This document shows positions 52,335 through 63,501 of a DNA stretch of 64,000 nucleotides, in pieces. The position numbers and the translations under genes are program-made. Positions within the stretch are counted from its first letter, which is position 1. Each line of letters starts with the position of its first letter. Location of the stretch: contig JAPMXV010000074.1 of NCBI GenBank assembly GCA_026936335.1, positions 158,408-222,407 of the forward strand. Reading direction: 5' to 3'. Origin of the DNA: Mantamonas sphyraenae STR306. Its lineage: Eukaryota; Protista; CRuMs. The notes beneath the pieces are model-generated. The model searched no databases, was not told the DNA's origin, and worked only from the letters and a program-made list of their open reading frames with translations.

Positions 52335-53982
52335 ATGAGCGAAAGCGTGGCATCGTCACATAGAGCATTTGCAGAAGCGGTGGCTGAGGGACGCGCAGCT
52401 CAGGAGGAGGAAGTGCGTGGGAAGGACGTGCGGTTCGAGGCGCCCGAGGTGCCGGTGAACATTGGTCGGGAGCGGCATGTGCTGGTGACCGGGGGCGGAG
52501 GGTATGTGGGACGCAGCATGGTGCAGCTGCTGGTGCGTGCAGGCGTGGCAAAGGTGACGGTGTTTGATCTGCGAGTGCAGAAGGAGCTGCTGCCGAAGGA
52601 GATGCTTGTGGCGTGCAAAGAGGGAAACGAGTGGAACAACACGCAGCTGAGGTTCGTGGAGGGCAACCTGCTGAACGAGGAGGACCTGGCGCGGGCAATG
52701 GACGGGGTCACAGACGTGTTTCACACGGCGGCGATGCTGCGGTTCTACGGACCGTGGGAGTAAGTGGCAGCGGAGAGGGGGTGAAACGGGAATCGAGAGA
52801 GGGTTTCTGACACGTGGGCGGGGCAGACCGGTGATGGCGGTGAATTACACGGGCACGCAGAGGCTGCTTCGTGCAGTGAAAGAGTCGGAGACGTGCGAGA
52901 CGGTGGTGTACCTGTCGTCAAACAACTGCTGCTGGATGGGGAACCACATTGTGGACGCGACGGAGGAGAGCGAAGGGTACAAGAAGCAGGAGGAGTACCT
53001 GGACGCATACAGCGCGTCGAAAGCCAAGACGGAACCAGAGGTGCTTGCGCTGAACGGGGCGACCAACGCGAGCGGGGCGACGATCCGGACGTGCAGCTTG
53101 CGGCCGGGAGGGATCTACGGCCCTGCAGACACGACGCACTTTCCGCGGATCCTGAAGATGCTGGACGGCGGGCTGATGGCGGTGCGTATCGGAGACCCGT
53201 CGCGGCTGCAGGACTGCACGTACATCGACAATCTGCTGTTTGGGATGACCGAGTCGATGGCGGCGCTGCAGCAGGGGAACGAGCGCGTGGGCGGGGAGGC
53301 CTTCTACGTGACGGACGAGTTTCCGTACAATTACTACGACTTTTTCCTGTTGATCATCGAGGAGATGGGCTACACGGCGCCGTCGTTGCGTGTGCCGGGG
53401 CCAGTGATGGAGGCGGTGGGGTGGGTTTCGGACGGCCTGTATGCGCTGTGCGGGATCACGCCTGTGATGAGCTACATGGAGGTGCTGAAGATCACACGCA
53501 GCCACTACTTTCGGATCGACAAGGCACGGGAGGCGTTTGGGTACGAGCCGCTGGTGAGCGGGAAGGAGGGAGTGACACGGACCGCGCAGTATCACAAGGA
53601 GCAAGGAAACGGGCCGGTGCCGTTCAATAGCGTGCCGGCAGTGGGGTCTGGCGTGAGTGTGTTGAGCACACTGTTGCTGGTGGGGCTGATTGCCGGGGTG
53701 TTGTTTGGGGCGGTGCCGAGCGCGTGGAAGGCGTGGGCGTGGTGGGGCGTGGGGCTGCTGATGCTGGAGAGGGTGATGGCGAGCGTGGCGTGTGGCCTGC
53801 TGGCGTATGATGTGTTGGTGGATCATCGTGATAGTTTCCGGCGCGCGACGCGGGCGGGGGATTCCGAGGCAGCTGGAAAGGTGCGGTTTGAGGAGATGGG
53901 CGGGTGGGCGTTGCACGGGTTGGTGTGGGGGTTGGGAGGGTTGGGTGTGTTGGAGGGGAGGAGGATGGTGAGGTATGCTTGA
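52335..53982 (+). CDS. 3-beta-hydroxysteroid dehydrogenase-family extended SDR (NSDHL/SDR42E-like); intron 52760-52827
   Basis: Motifs VLVTGGGGYVG, VFHTAA, YSASK, LRPGGIYGP, and C-terminal TM helices. Confidence 0.9.
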
Positions 53983-54028
53983 GGGGGGGAGTGAGGAGGG
54001 GGTGCGGGGCGGCCGGGAAGGCAAGGAA

Positions 54029-55327
54029 ATGGACATGGAGCGGATTGTGCAGTTGCGACAGCCGGTGTTTTTGGGATTCGTCGCTCTGGTTCATTTGGCG
54101 TTTGGCATCCTCTGCTCGTTGCCGTATCTGCTCACGACGGCGGTTGGGGCGTGCATTGAGTTTGCGTGCTTTTTCGTTTGCGTGTTTGCGTGTGTCAAGC
54201 ACGCGGATCGTCGTGCTGTCCTCGTGAGTTTCTGGGCGGTGATGGGGCTGCAGGTGGCGATGTTGTTGCGCGTGGTTGTGGGAACTGCAGGCACAGATCC
54301 TGTTGGGATCGTGTTTTTGTGGAGGATTGTGGGGTCGGGCATTTGCTTGTTTTTGCAGATTGCGTGGTGGGCACTTTACGGCGGGTTCAAAGGGGTGCAA
54401 GGGAAGGCGGTGGTGAAAGAGCAGTACTGGAAACCCGTGACTGTGTTGGTGTTATTGGTGTCGCTGTTTGCAGGCTTCATGGCCATGGAGGGCCTGCTGA
54501 ACGTGAGGAACACGCAAGCGTATCAGCTGGACACGGGGGACTTTGTGTGGATGGGACCGACGGAGAACGAGCTGCGCACCGAGTATGGTTTTTTTTGGAA
54601 GAATCGCTACTCGGCGGCTGCCATTGATGCGCTGTTGACGGCGCAGCTGGTCGCGGCTGTGTGCTCGCTGCTTCTGACGGCGTTTGCGGCGTACCGGATG
54701 AAGGTGGATGGCGAGGGAAAGGTGTGGTGGACACAGTTGCTCTTTTTGGTGCTGTTTGTGATGGCGTTCTCTTTGGATGTGGCTGTTTTGGCTGAGCAGC
54801 CGGTGATGTGCAATCGGCCGAAGCCGGCGTGCAGAGACCAGGAACGGCTGTACGATGTGCCGTTTGTACACAATCTCCCGTCACCCCCGTGGCAGGATGT
54901 TCTGTACGATTCCAGCTCGTTGACGGCGCGCTACACGGTGGCGGACACGGAGGAAAATTTCAACTTTTTCAATCCGGCCAATGCGTCGCGTCCAATCCCA
55001 AAGTACAGGTCGTCGTCGAACGTGGTGTATCTGTGGAGGACTGTTCCAGGATGTGGGGCGAAGTATGGGAGTGGGAACTACACCGTGGTGCAGTACGAGA
55101 AGTACGGGACGGTGTCGAACCAGACGTGCACCAAGCACCCGTGGGATGTGCTGTTGGTTGAGGAGGACACGTCTTTTGAGTACTATACTACGTACGGTGT
55201 TATCCAGTGGATCGTGGCGGCGTTTGTGGGTGTGGTGTGGATTGTGAGTGTCGGGGTGTACTTTCGGGCGGTGGGAGCGGAAGGGGAGTACGTGGGCATC
55301 CATGACGATGGGGTGTGGGAGGGATGA
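54029..55327 (+). CDS. 8-TM membrane protein, paralog 1 (family not recognised)
   Basis: Eight hydrophobic segments. Large loop with Cys residues and N-glycosylation sites between TM7 and TM8. Tandem paralog downstream. Confidence 0.8.
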   Translation: MDMERIVQLRQPVFLGFVALVHLAFGILCSLPYLLTTAVGACIEFACFFVCVFACVKHADRRAVLVSFWAVMGLQVAMLLRVVVGTAGTDPVGIVFLWRIVGSGICLFLQIAWWALYGGFKGVQGKAVVKEQYWKPVTVLVLLVSLFAGFMAMEGLLNVRNTQAYQLDTGDFVWMGPTENELRTEYGFFWKNRYSAAAIDALLTAQLVAAVCSLLLTAFAAYRMKVDGEGKVWWTQLLFLVLFVMAFSLDVAVLAEQPVMCNRPKPACRDQERLYDVPFVHNLPSPPWQDVLYDSSSLTARYTVADTEENFNFFNPANASRPIPKYRSSSNVVYLWRTVPGCGAKYGSGNYTVVQYEKYGTVSNQTCTKHPWDVLLVEEDTSFEYYTTYGVIQWIVAAFVGVVWIVSVGVYFRAVGAEGEYVGIHDDGVWEG

Positions 55328-55415
55328 AGGGGAAGTGAAGGGTGGGCGTTCACGATGATGGTGTGTGGGGAGGGATGAAGGGGAAATGAACGGCGGCGAT
55401 GATTGAGGCAAGGGA

Positions 55416-56717
55416 ATGAACATGGAGGAGATTGTTCGGAATAGACACACGATCTTTTTGGGATTCGTTGCTGTGGTACACTTGGCGTTTGGCTTCCTCT
55501 GCTCGATGCTGTACGTCATGAAAACGGCGGTCGGCGCATGCATTGAGTTTGCGTGCTTTTTCGTTTGCGTGTTTGCGTGTGTCAAGTACGCGGATCGTCG
55601 TGCTGTCCTCGTGAGTTTCTGGGCAGTGATGGGGCTGCAGGTGGCGATGTTGTTGCGCGTGCTTGTGGGAACTGCAGGCACAGATGTGCCTGAGGTTCGA
55701 AGGGGAATTGGATCTGGCATGTGCTTGATTTTGCAGATTGCGTGGTGGGCGCTTTACGGCGGGTTCAAAGGGGTGCAAGGGAAGGCGGTGGTAAAAGAGC
55801 AGCACTGGAAACCCGTGGCTGTGTTGGTGATCTTGGTGTCGCTGTTTGCAGGCTTCATGGCCATGGAGGGCCTGCTAAACGTGCGGAACACGCAAGCCTA
55901 CCAACTCTCGACGGGTGAGTTTGTCTGGATGGGACCGACGGAAAACGAGTACGTGGACTCTCGCTCGACAACCTTTCCCTTCTCGGCGGCTGCCATTGAA
56001 GCGCTGTTGACGGCGCAGCTGGTCGCGGCTGTGTGCTCGCTGCTTCTGACGGCGTTTGCGGCGTACCGGATGAAGGTGGATGGCGAGGGAAAGGTGTGGT
56101 GGACACAGTTGCTCTTTTTGGTGCTGTTTGTGATGGCGTTCTCTTTGGATGTGGCTGTTTTGGCTGAGCAGCCGGTGATGTGCAATCGGCCGAAGCCGGT
56201 GTGCAAACCGATTTACCTGCGTCACGCGAGCATGTCGGAAAAGTTTGCGGACGGATACATCCCCTCGTCTCCTCCGTGGCAGGTCTCCCTGTACAAGAAC
56301 TACGTTGTGATGGCCCGCTTTACGGTGGCCGACACGGAGGCCAACTTCCTCTCCTTGAATCCGGCAAACCACTCACGTCCCCTTCCAGGAAAACGGGTGT
56401 ACGCAACTCTCTGGAGAACGGTTCCAGGATGCTGGGCGCAGTCTGGGACTGGGAGTGGAAACTATACAGTGGTTCGTTACAGCAGTAGCGAGGTTTATCC
56501 CGTGGTGAACCAGACGTGCATCCAGCAACGGTGGGATTTTTTCTTTGTGGAGGAGTTGAGCTCTTTTGAGTACTTTGCGCCGTATGGCGTCATCCAGTGG
56601 ATCGTGGCGGTGTTTGTGGGTGTGGTGTGGATTGTGAGTGTCGGGGTGTACTTTCGGGCGGTGGGAGCCGAGGGGGAGTACGTGGGCGTTCACGACGATG
56701 GGGTGTGGGAGGGATGA
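55416..56717 (+). CDS. 8-TM membrane protein, paralog 2
   Basis: Colinear with 54029-55327 and shares the C-terminus HDDGVWEG*. Confidence 0.8.
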   Translation: MNMEEIVRNRHTIFLGFVAVVHLAFGFLCSMLYVMKTAVGACIEFACFFVCVFACVKYADRRAVLVSFWAVMGLQVAMLLRVLVGTAGTDVPEVRRGIGSGMCLILQIAWWALYGGFKGVQGKAVVKEQHWKPVAVLVILVSLFAGFMAMEGLLNVRNTQAYQLSTGEFVWMGPTENEYVDSRSTTFPFSAAAIEALLTAQLVAAVCSLLLTAFAAYRMKVDGEGKVWWTQLLFLVLFVMAFSLDVAVLAEQPVMCNRPKPVCKPIYLRHASMSEKFADGYIPSSPPWQVSLYKNYVVMARFTVADTEANFLSLNPANHSRPLPGKRVYATLWRTVPGCWAQSGTGSGNYTVVRYSSSEVYPVVNQTCIQQRWDFFFVEELSSFEYFAPYGVIQWIVAVFVGVVWIVSVGVYFRAVGAEGEYVGVHDDGVWEG

Positions 56718-56815
56718 AGGGGAAATGAAGGGTAGGCGTTCACGATGATGGTGTGTGGGAGGGATGAGGGGGAAATTGAAAAGTGGGCGTTCACGATGAT
56801 GGTGTGCGGGATGAA
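56677..56815 (+). repeat. ~50-bp tandem repeat spanning the stop codon (about 3 units; about 2 units at 55287-55390)
   Basis: gtgggcgttcacgatgatggtgtgtgggagggatgaaggggaaatgaa is reiterated. Confidence 0.75.
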
Positions 56816-56950
56816 GGAGATGTTGAAGGGCAACTGCATCAACCCGGCTAAACCCCGTATGCGGCCTGGAGAGCCAGACACCGTCTGGAACTATGATGAT
56901 ACCACGGAAATGCATGTGAGCAAAAAGAAACCAAAAAGGTACTCCTTTTT

Positions 56951-57550
56951 CTACAGGTTGGCGTTCTGGTTGATTTCCGCGAGGACCGTTTGGATCAACA
57001 CCTTGTTGTTCCTCCGCGTCCAAGCCACACCAACAGATATCCCAACCAATAGGGTCGCACCAGCAACGTTGTAATCTTCCCAGAGCTCTTGAATGGTTTG
57101 GTTGCGTGTATCTTTCCTCTGGACGTGAGCGCGCACCTCGCGGTATTGCACGAACCCAGTCGATGAGTCCTTGGACGAATCCGCTCTTGTCATGTAAACG
57201 AGATCTGTACCCATCCGGTTCAGGATGAATCCATCCATCTTGTCGGGGAAGTACGTGTTTTGGTGGCCGTCAATCTCTTCCACGAAATCCTCGCAAATCT
57301 TCTCCATCTTGTACCGTGCCAAGTCAGCGCTCGATCGTACGGCGTTCAGCACATTGGAAAAATCACACTTCTCAGTGGTGCACGTGTACTCCGCGTGCAG
57401 CAGTGCGTCCGGTTTTTCGCGCATTGTCGCGGTTTGTGTGTTCACCATCGCTGCATTCCAGATCTCGTGCTGATCTTCAACAGGAAGACTCTCCAAAGCG
57501 GTGGTGATAACATCCAAACCTTGGTTCTTCTTCTGGTCCCTGAGAAACAT
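56951..57550 (-). CDS. Hypothetical protein
   Basis: A 199-aa ATG-initiated ORF with globular-protein composition and no competing gene on the other strand. No motif recognised. Confidence 0.5.
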   Translation of the reverse strand: MFLRDQKKNQGLDVITTALESLPVEDQHEIWNAAMVNTQTATMREKPDALLHAEYTCTTEKCDFSNVLNAVRSSADLARYKMEKICEDFVEEIDGHQNTYFPDKMDGFILNRMGTDLVYMTRADSSKDSSTGFVQYREVRAHVQRKDTRNQTIQELWEDYNVAGATLLVGISVGVAWTRRNNKVLIQTVLAEINQNANL

Positions 57551-57733
57551 TGTGTTGGATGTAGAGGCGCCGTGCGGAGACAGTGGAGCAGCGAGGATCA
57601 AACTGCTGGGGAGGAAGTACGGAGAGGGTGAAGGAGCTGCAGGTGGATTCAGGTCCAGGAGCGATGGCACAGGCGGAGGTGGTGGAGCTGAGGAAGTGAG
57701 ACGAGGCTCTCCCTCCGCCACAAAATTCCACAA

Positions 57734-59507
57734 ATGTCCAAATGGCAACTTGCAACTCTCGTGATCCCAACGACTGCACTAGCGATGCTCATTGCGCTAG
57801 CTTTGTACCCCTCTGATCCTGTCATCACTCTTCCGGTCGTTGTCGAAAACTTCAACAACGGGCAGGCCACCTTTCAGGCCAAGCTGCCCGATGGAGGTAT
57901 GTTGAGTCGGCAGATCTCACATGCTCTGTGTGTAGAAAGTCTGGGCGCTCGCTCACACCTTGCAGAACATGGCAAGCTCGTATTCCGGCGCGGGGGCCAG
58001 ATCGGCTCCTTTTCCGCAGAGCGCACGCACGTCAGCGTGCTTGTCAACAGCACGGAGGTTTGCAGCATTTGGAGCAACAAAACTGCTCAAACCTCTGTCG
58101 ATAGTGTGCTCCTGGAGTGCTGCATGCCGAAGTACGGGCAGGAAGCCGGCAGCGGCAAGCCCGCACCTGCTACCGTCACTGTGCGTGCTCGTGCGGTCGC
58201 ATCGGCGTCCTTGACGACATCAAACCCGCCGTCAACACTCGAATACGTGGCCATGCCCGCCGTGCGTACAGTGTTTGTCAACGAGGTGTTCGCTTCGGTG
58301 CGTTCTTGCTCGCTGTTGTGTTTTGAGAAGATTCTTCGCGCTGCTGACACTTCTCCTCCCTCTTCTCCCATGCTGACAGCATCATGCCAAGTTCTCTACC
58401 TCACGCCCCACCCAAAGCACCGCCCGACTTGCAGAGGTGATCATGCTTCAGGTGAACCAGAGCCGCAGGATCTTTGGTCCGTTTGTGGGCGACCCTGTTT
58501 GCAGCGGGAACCTGACACTTCAAACAGGGATGTGGAAAACACCCGCGGCACGTGCATCCGGGACCATTTCCGCACACCCTGGGAAGTATGCCTTCCAGAC
58601 GGGCGAAGTTGGGGCTGTTTTTGGCGATTTTGACGAGGCAAACAGCGCCACGGTGTCAGCCCTGGTTGTCTCTGCTGCACTGACAGCTTTGTTGCACTTG
58701 GCTGTCATCTACGTGGCCCATCGAGGAGGCGACTTGGCTGCAGCTCCGTCGATGGCGCTCTCGTGGCGAGGGGGCCGCATGGCTTTCTTGTCGGTCCTGG
58801 CCCTTGTCACTTCCGTTTCCGGGTTTTTCGAACAGGCAAGACGGCTGTCGGAGTTTCTCAACATCCTCCACCTGCTTCTGAGCCTGTTGCTGGTGGACAC
58901 CGGGCGCGGGTGCCCCAATTCCACGCGCGTCTTCAAGGTGGCGCGCGTGGTACTGATGCTCGGCACCGTGGCACAGCTTGTGGCTTGCATTGTTGCATGG
59001 AGCACCATACAAGCTGCGCTGGTTGTCAATGTGTGGCCGGCAACACCCCTTAACGCAGTGGTCGCTATGTTGCCATTGGCCGCCCTGGTGGCCGATGCAG
59101 CATCGTTGTTTTCCCCCTTCATTCGTGTCGAGGACCTCGACATCGACGAGGAGGGGGTGCACTATGATGAACTTGCCAACCGCGTTCCGCCGGGCAGCAA
59201 AGGCACTCGCTTTCCCGTGGTGCTCTTCGGCGGCGCCGACCTGGTGTGGATTGTCATTGTTGTCCTCTACGGTCTGTGGTCTCCAGTGCTGACGTTCAGG
59301 CTCGAATGGTACGTTTACGCAGTAGTCGTCATTGCACCCGTTGTGAAAGGTTCCGTCCTTCTGGGTACCAGCTGCTCGGGGTTGTTCACGGGGCTCGGCT
59401 GCGCCAACGACTCCAAGGTTGGGCAGGCAGTCTTTGTTGTGTTCGCGTCGCTGCTGCCTCTGGCTGGTCCTGTAGCCCTGGTTCGTTGCTGCATGGGTAC
59501 GCGCTGA
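57734..59507 (+). CDS. Membrane protein: N-terminal hydrophobic signal/anchor, extracellular domain, ~7 TM; introns 57897-57965 and 58298-58379
   Basis: Phase-consistent GTATGT...TGCAG and GTGCGT...GACAG introns join the two listed ORFs. Confidence 0.65.
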
Positions 59508-59944
59508 TGACTACCGGAGGTTTGTTGCACGGGCAACATTGCAAAAACAAGTCGTTTGGCGTTTGGCCTTCACATGCTCACCGTCTCCCCACTCTGTTTC
59601 CACACTGCGATGCCCTATTCAACCTCCTCACGAGTGCGCACGGTAGCCTGTCCTCTCGCCTTCGACAGCACACACGCTTCTCCCTCCTCCTCCGAAGCCA
59701 TCTGCTCGTCTGTGGCCTCTGCAGAATCATCTTGGCGTGGCATTGGATTGGTTGGGATGTGGAGGTGGATGAGGCAAAGGAGACGGCGTTGATGATGAAT
59801 GGTGAGGAGAGGGAGGCGATGTGATTGTGGTGGGATGGAGGCGTATGTGGAGGAGAGGGGTTGGGTTGGGTGACACTGCCGGTTGAGGTGATGGAGAGGG
59901 TGATTGGGTGGGTGAGTGTGAGGGTGTGAGAATGAAAGGGTGGT

Positions 59945-62900
59945 TCATTCGAGGCGTTGGTGTTTGGAGGAGGAGGAGGAGGAGGAAGGGTCTTTGCGCT
60001 TGGGAAGGGTGAAGGAGGGGATGGGGTAGGCGTTGACGAGTGCGGTGGTAGTGGGACGGGTGGTGATGTGGGGTGTGATGCGGTCGATGAGGGTGTGGAG
60101 GAGGGTGTGCAGTGTTGCGTCGTTGGAGTCGGGGTTGTCGAGCCAGGCGATCTTGAGGGAGAGGGACGTGACGCCGCGGGTGAGTGTGTTCTTGATGGTA
60201 CCTTGCACCTGCTGATAGGTGAGTCGTGGCCTGAGGAGGCGGACAAAGAAGGCCAGGTCGACAGGCGGCACGCCAACGTTGCCCAGCGCCAGGATGATGT
60301 GTCGCACCAGGGAGTTCAGGCTGCCGTTGTTGATCAGCTCACGCAGTGCATGGTGCTCGTGTGCGTGCTGATGGTGAGGGTGCTTGGCTGCGCGTGCCTT
60401 CATGTGTGCCAGCAGCGTCTGGAACTCCCGCGCCGTGCAGCTGCCACGCTCGTCGCTGAGACCGTTGGTCCAGCCACTCTGCACAGACTCAGGATGCCAC
60501 TTTTCCACCTCGGTGGTAGCGAGATGGTGGTCGTAGTCGCATTGTGTCCAGTGTGGGTCGCTGTTGTTGTCAGCAGGGCGTCGTGCTTCCTGCAGCAATA
60601 GCTGGGTCTGCTCGTGCTGCTTCCAAGTGGTGGGATGGGCTCTGTCGCCGAGAGTGTCCATCTCTGCCATGAGCAGGTGGAGGAGGGCGTAGTTGGGGTC
60701 GCCGTGGTCGTGTGGCTCCTCCAACCAACACACCTTCAACCCAGCCTTTGTCACACCCATGGCCAGACCAGCGTTACTGATGGATTTTCTGCACGCCTGT
60801 TGATCCAAATCATGGCCGAGAAGGGTGAGGAAGAAGGCCATGTCGCCCTGGGAGAGGGGAATGTTGCCCAGAGCGAGCTGAATCTGTCGGACCAGCGTGT
60901 TCAGGGTGCCATGGCAGACCACGACACGCGCCTGCAGTGTCATGAGGTCTGGGATGTCGTCGAGGGGATGCTCATTGGCCAGAGCGTGCATGTGGTTCAG
61001 CAGTGCCGTGTGCTCCTTCTTGTTGCTGTGCATGCGCTCGCTCTTGCGCCAGAACGTCCAGCCACTGCGCACAACGCCATCTGGCAGTTCATCCTCCATG
61101 GCCACCCCTTCCTCTGTTGGCTCGGGCAGAACAAGCTTGGGGATGCGGAGGGTGTAAACGAGTGCGGTGGTAGTGGGACGGGTGGTGATGTGGGGTGTGA
61201 TGCGGTCGATGAGGGTGTGGAGGAGGGTGTGCAGTGTGGCGTCGCTGGGTTGGGGGTTGTCGACCCAGGCGATCTTGAGGGAGAGGGGGGTGACGCCGCG
61301 GGTGAGGGTGGCGCTGATGGCACCTTGAATCTGCTTGTAGGCGAGTCGTGGCCTGAGGAGGCGGACAAAGAAGGCCAGGTCGACAGGCGGCACGCCAACG
61401 TTGCCCAGCGCCAGGATGATGTGTCGCACAAGGGACATCAGGCTACCATTGTTGATCAGCTCACGCAGTGCCTGGTTCTCATTTGCGTGCTGATGGTGAG
61501 GGTGCTTGGCTGCGCGTGCCTTCATGTGTGCCAGCAGCGTCTGGAACTCCCGCGCCGTGCAGCTGCCACGCTCGTCGCTGAGACCGTTGGTCCAGCCACT
61601 CTGCACAGACTCAGGATGCCACTTTTCCACCTCGGTGGTAGCGAGATGGTGGTCGTAGTCGCATTGTGTCCAGTGTGGGTCGCTGTTGTTGTCAGCAGGG
61701 CGTCGTGCTTCCTGCAGCAATAGCTGGGTCTGCTCGTGCTGCTTCCAAGTGGTGGGATGGGCTCTGTCGCCGAGAGTGTCCATCTCTGCCATGAGCAGGT
61801 GGAGGAGGGCGTAGTTGGGGTCGCCGTGGTCGTGTGGCTCCTCCAACCAACACACCTTCAACCCAGCCTTTGTCACACCCATGGCCAGACCAGCGTCACG
61901 GATGGCAAAGCTGCACGCCTGTTGATCCAAATCATGGCCGAGAAGGGTGAGGCAGAAGGCCATGTCGCCCTGGGATATGGGTGTGTTGCCCAGAGCGAGC
62001 TGAATCTGTCGGACCAGCGTGGCCAGGGTGCCATGGCAGACCACGACACGCGCCTGCAGTGTCATGAGGTCTGGGATGTCGTCGATGGGATGCTCATTGG
62101 CCAGGCTGTGCATGTGCTTCAGCAGTGCCGTGTGCTCCTTCTTGTTGCTGTAGCTGCGCTCGTCGCTACGCCAGTTCCGCGACCACCCTTTGCACACAAC
62201 GCCATCTGGCAACTTGCTCGTCTTGTCATCGCCTGCTTTCTTCCCTGCGCCGGTGTCTCCGTTCACTGCCATCCTTGCCAGTGTGCTCGACGTTCCTGTC
62301 TCTGTGCCACTGCCAGCCGTGCGCCTGCGCTGTCCGCGGCCATTCATCGTTTGTGGACCATTACGTCGGCTGTGGTGGTCTCTGCCTCGTCTGTGGCTTG
62401 TACTTGTGCGTCTTGGCAGCCATTCGTCCGTGTCCTCCTGCTCCATGTCGTCTGTGTCGTCGTCGCTGTCGTCTTGCGGCGTGTACTCCTCATCCATGGC
62501 ATCACCAGTGTCTGCGAAGCCAAGTGTGCCCTGAGTTTCCGACTCGTCATCCACGTGCTGCTGGGTTGCGTCGTTGGCCTCGCCGTCTCTATCGTACGCC
62601 TCCATCCCTGAGCTGGACATCCAATCTGAGTTGCTGGAGGGTGACCGTGGTTCACGGTGGCCGAAGTTCAGGAACATCAGGTCCTCCACGTCGCCGGTGT
62701 CTTGTGTGTGTGTGTCTTGGTGTGCGTCGTTGTCGTCGCTGTCTCCAGTCTGCCGTGTGGCCTGGTGGGAGGAGGACGACGATGTGGTGGTGGATGTGGT
62801 CCGTGTGATGCCCACAAAGGCAGGGCTGACGCGTTTGGGGACGCGGTTGTGGTTTTGGTGCGTTGAGCAGGCGGAGGGTGGAACGGAGTCTGAGCGAAGT

Positions 62901-63501
62901 GCATCTGGGCGGTTTGTCGCGGCTGAGGAGGCGGCGGAGGAGGGTAGGCGTAGTATGGGTGGCCCTGATGAGCATATGCGTAGTGCTGCTGGGCATGGAT
63001 GTTGACAGGGACCCAGATGATGGGTGGCTGTGGGTGCTTGTACGGGTTTTGTACGCCTTGGACGGGCAGCATGTTCGGAAACGGCTGGGCAGCCATGGGA
63101 GGGACCATGTACCCGTAGCTGTGTGGGAGACGGGGAGGGGCAAGGCGGGGTGGGAACGGTGAGCGAAAGGCGGCATGGACGCCGTCATTGCAGAAGCGGG
63201 GGTGAAGGGAGGCTGGAGCGAGCAGAGAGGGAAAACGGAGGAGATCGGCAGACGGGGAAACTGGCAACGGGGAGGGCAGTGACAGGGGGGAGGGGATCGG
63301 AGAAGGGCAGAGAAGACAGCAGCGGTGGTGATGGGGAAGTGGAGATGCAGGGGAGGAGAGCAGCGAAGCGACGGAGGCATGGAGGGGGCAAGGAAACGGG
63401 AGAAGCGGGCAGTCAGAAAACGGAGTGGAAGGCAGAACGCACGCTGGGTAGGTGTTGGGTGTGTGTTGTTGCTTTCGAGTGCTTGAGTAGTCGTTGTCCA
63501 T
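59945..63501 (-). CDS. Telomere-proximal gene: P/Q/Y-rich N-terminus, acidic linker, four copies (A-B-A-B) of an unrecognised helical domain; one intron and an apparent frameshift near 62800-62870
   Basis: 956-codon ORF at 59945-62815. Upstream exons MDNDYSS...TYP|AYGYMVPPMAAQP join via GTGCGT...CACAG but lie in a different frame. Confidence 0.65.
60035..62212. repeat. Intragenic tandem duplication, 1122-bp period
   Basis: The 60614 region matches the 61736 region, with long identical stretches. Confidence 0.9.
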
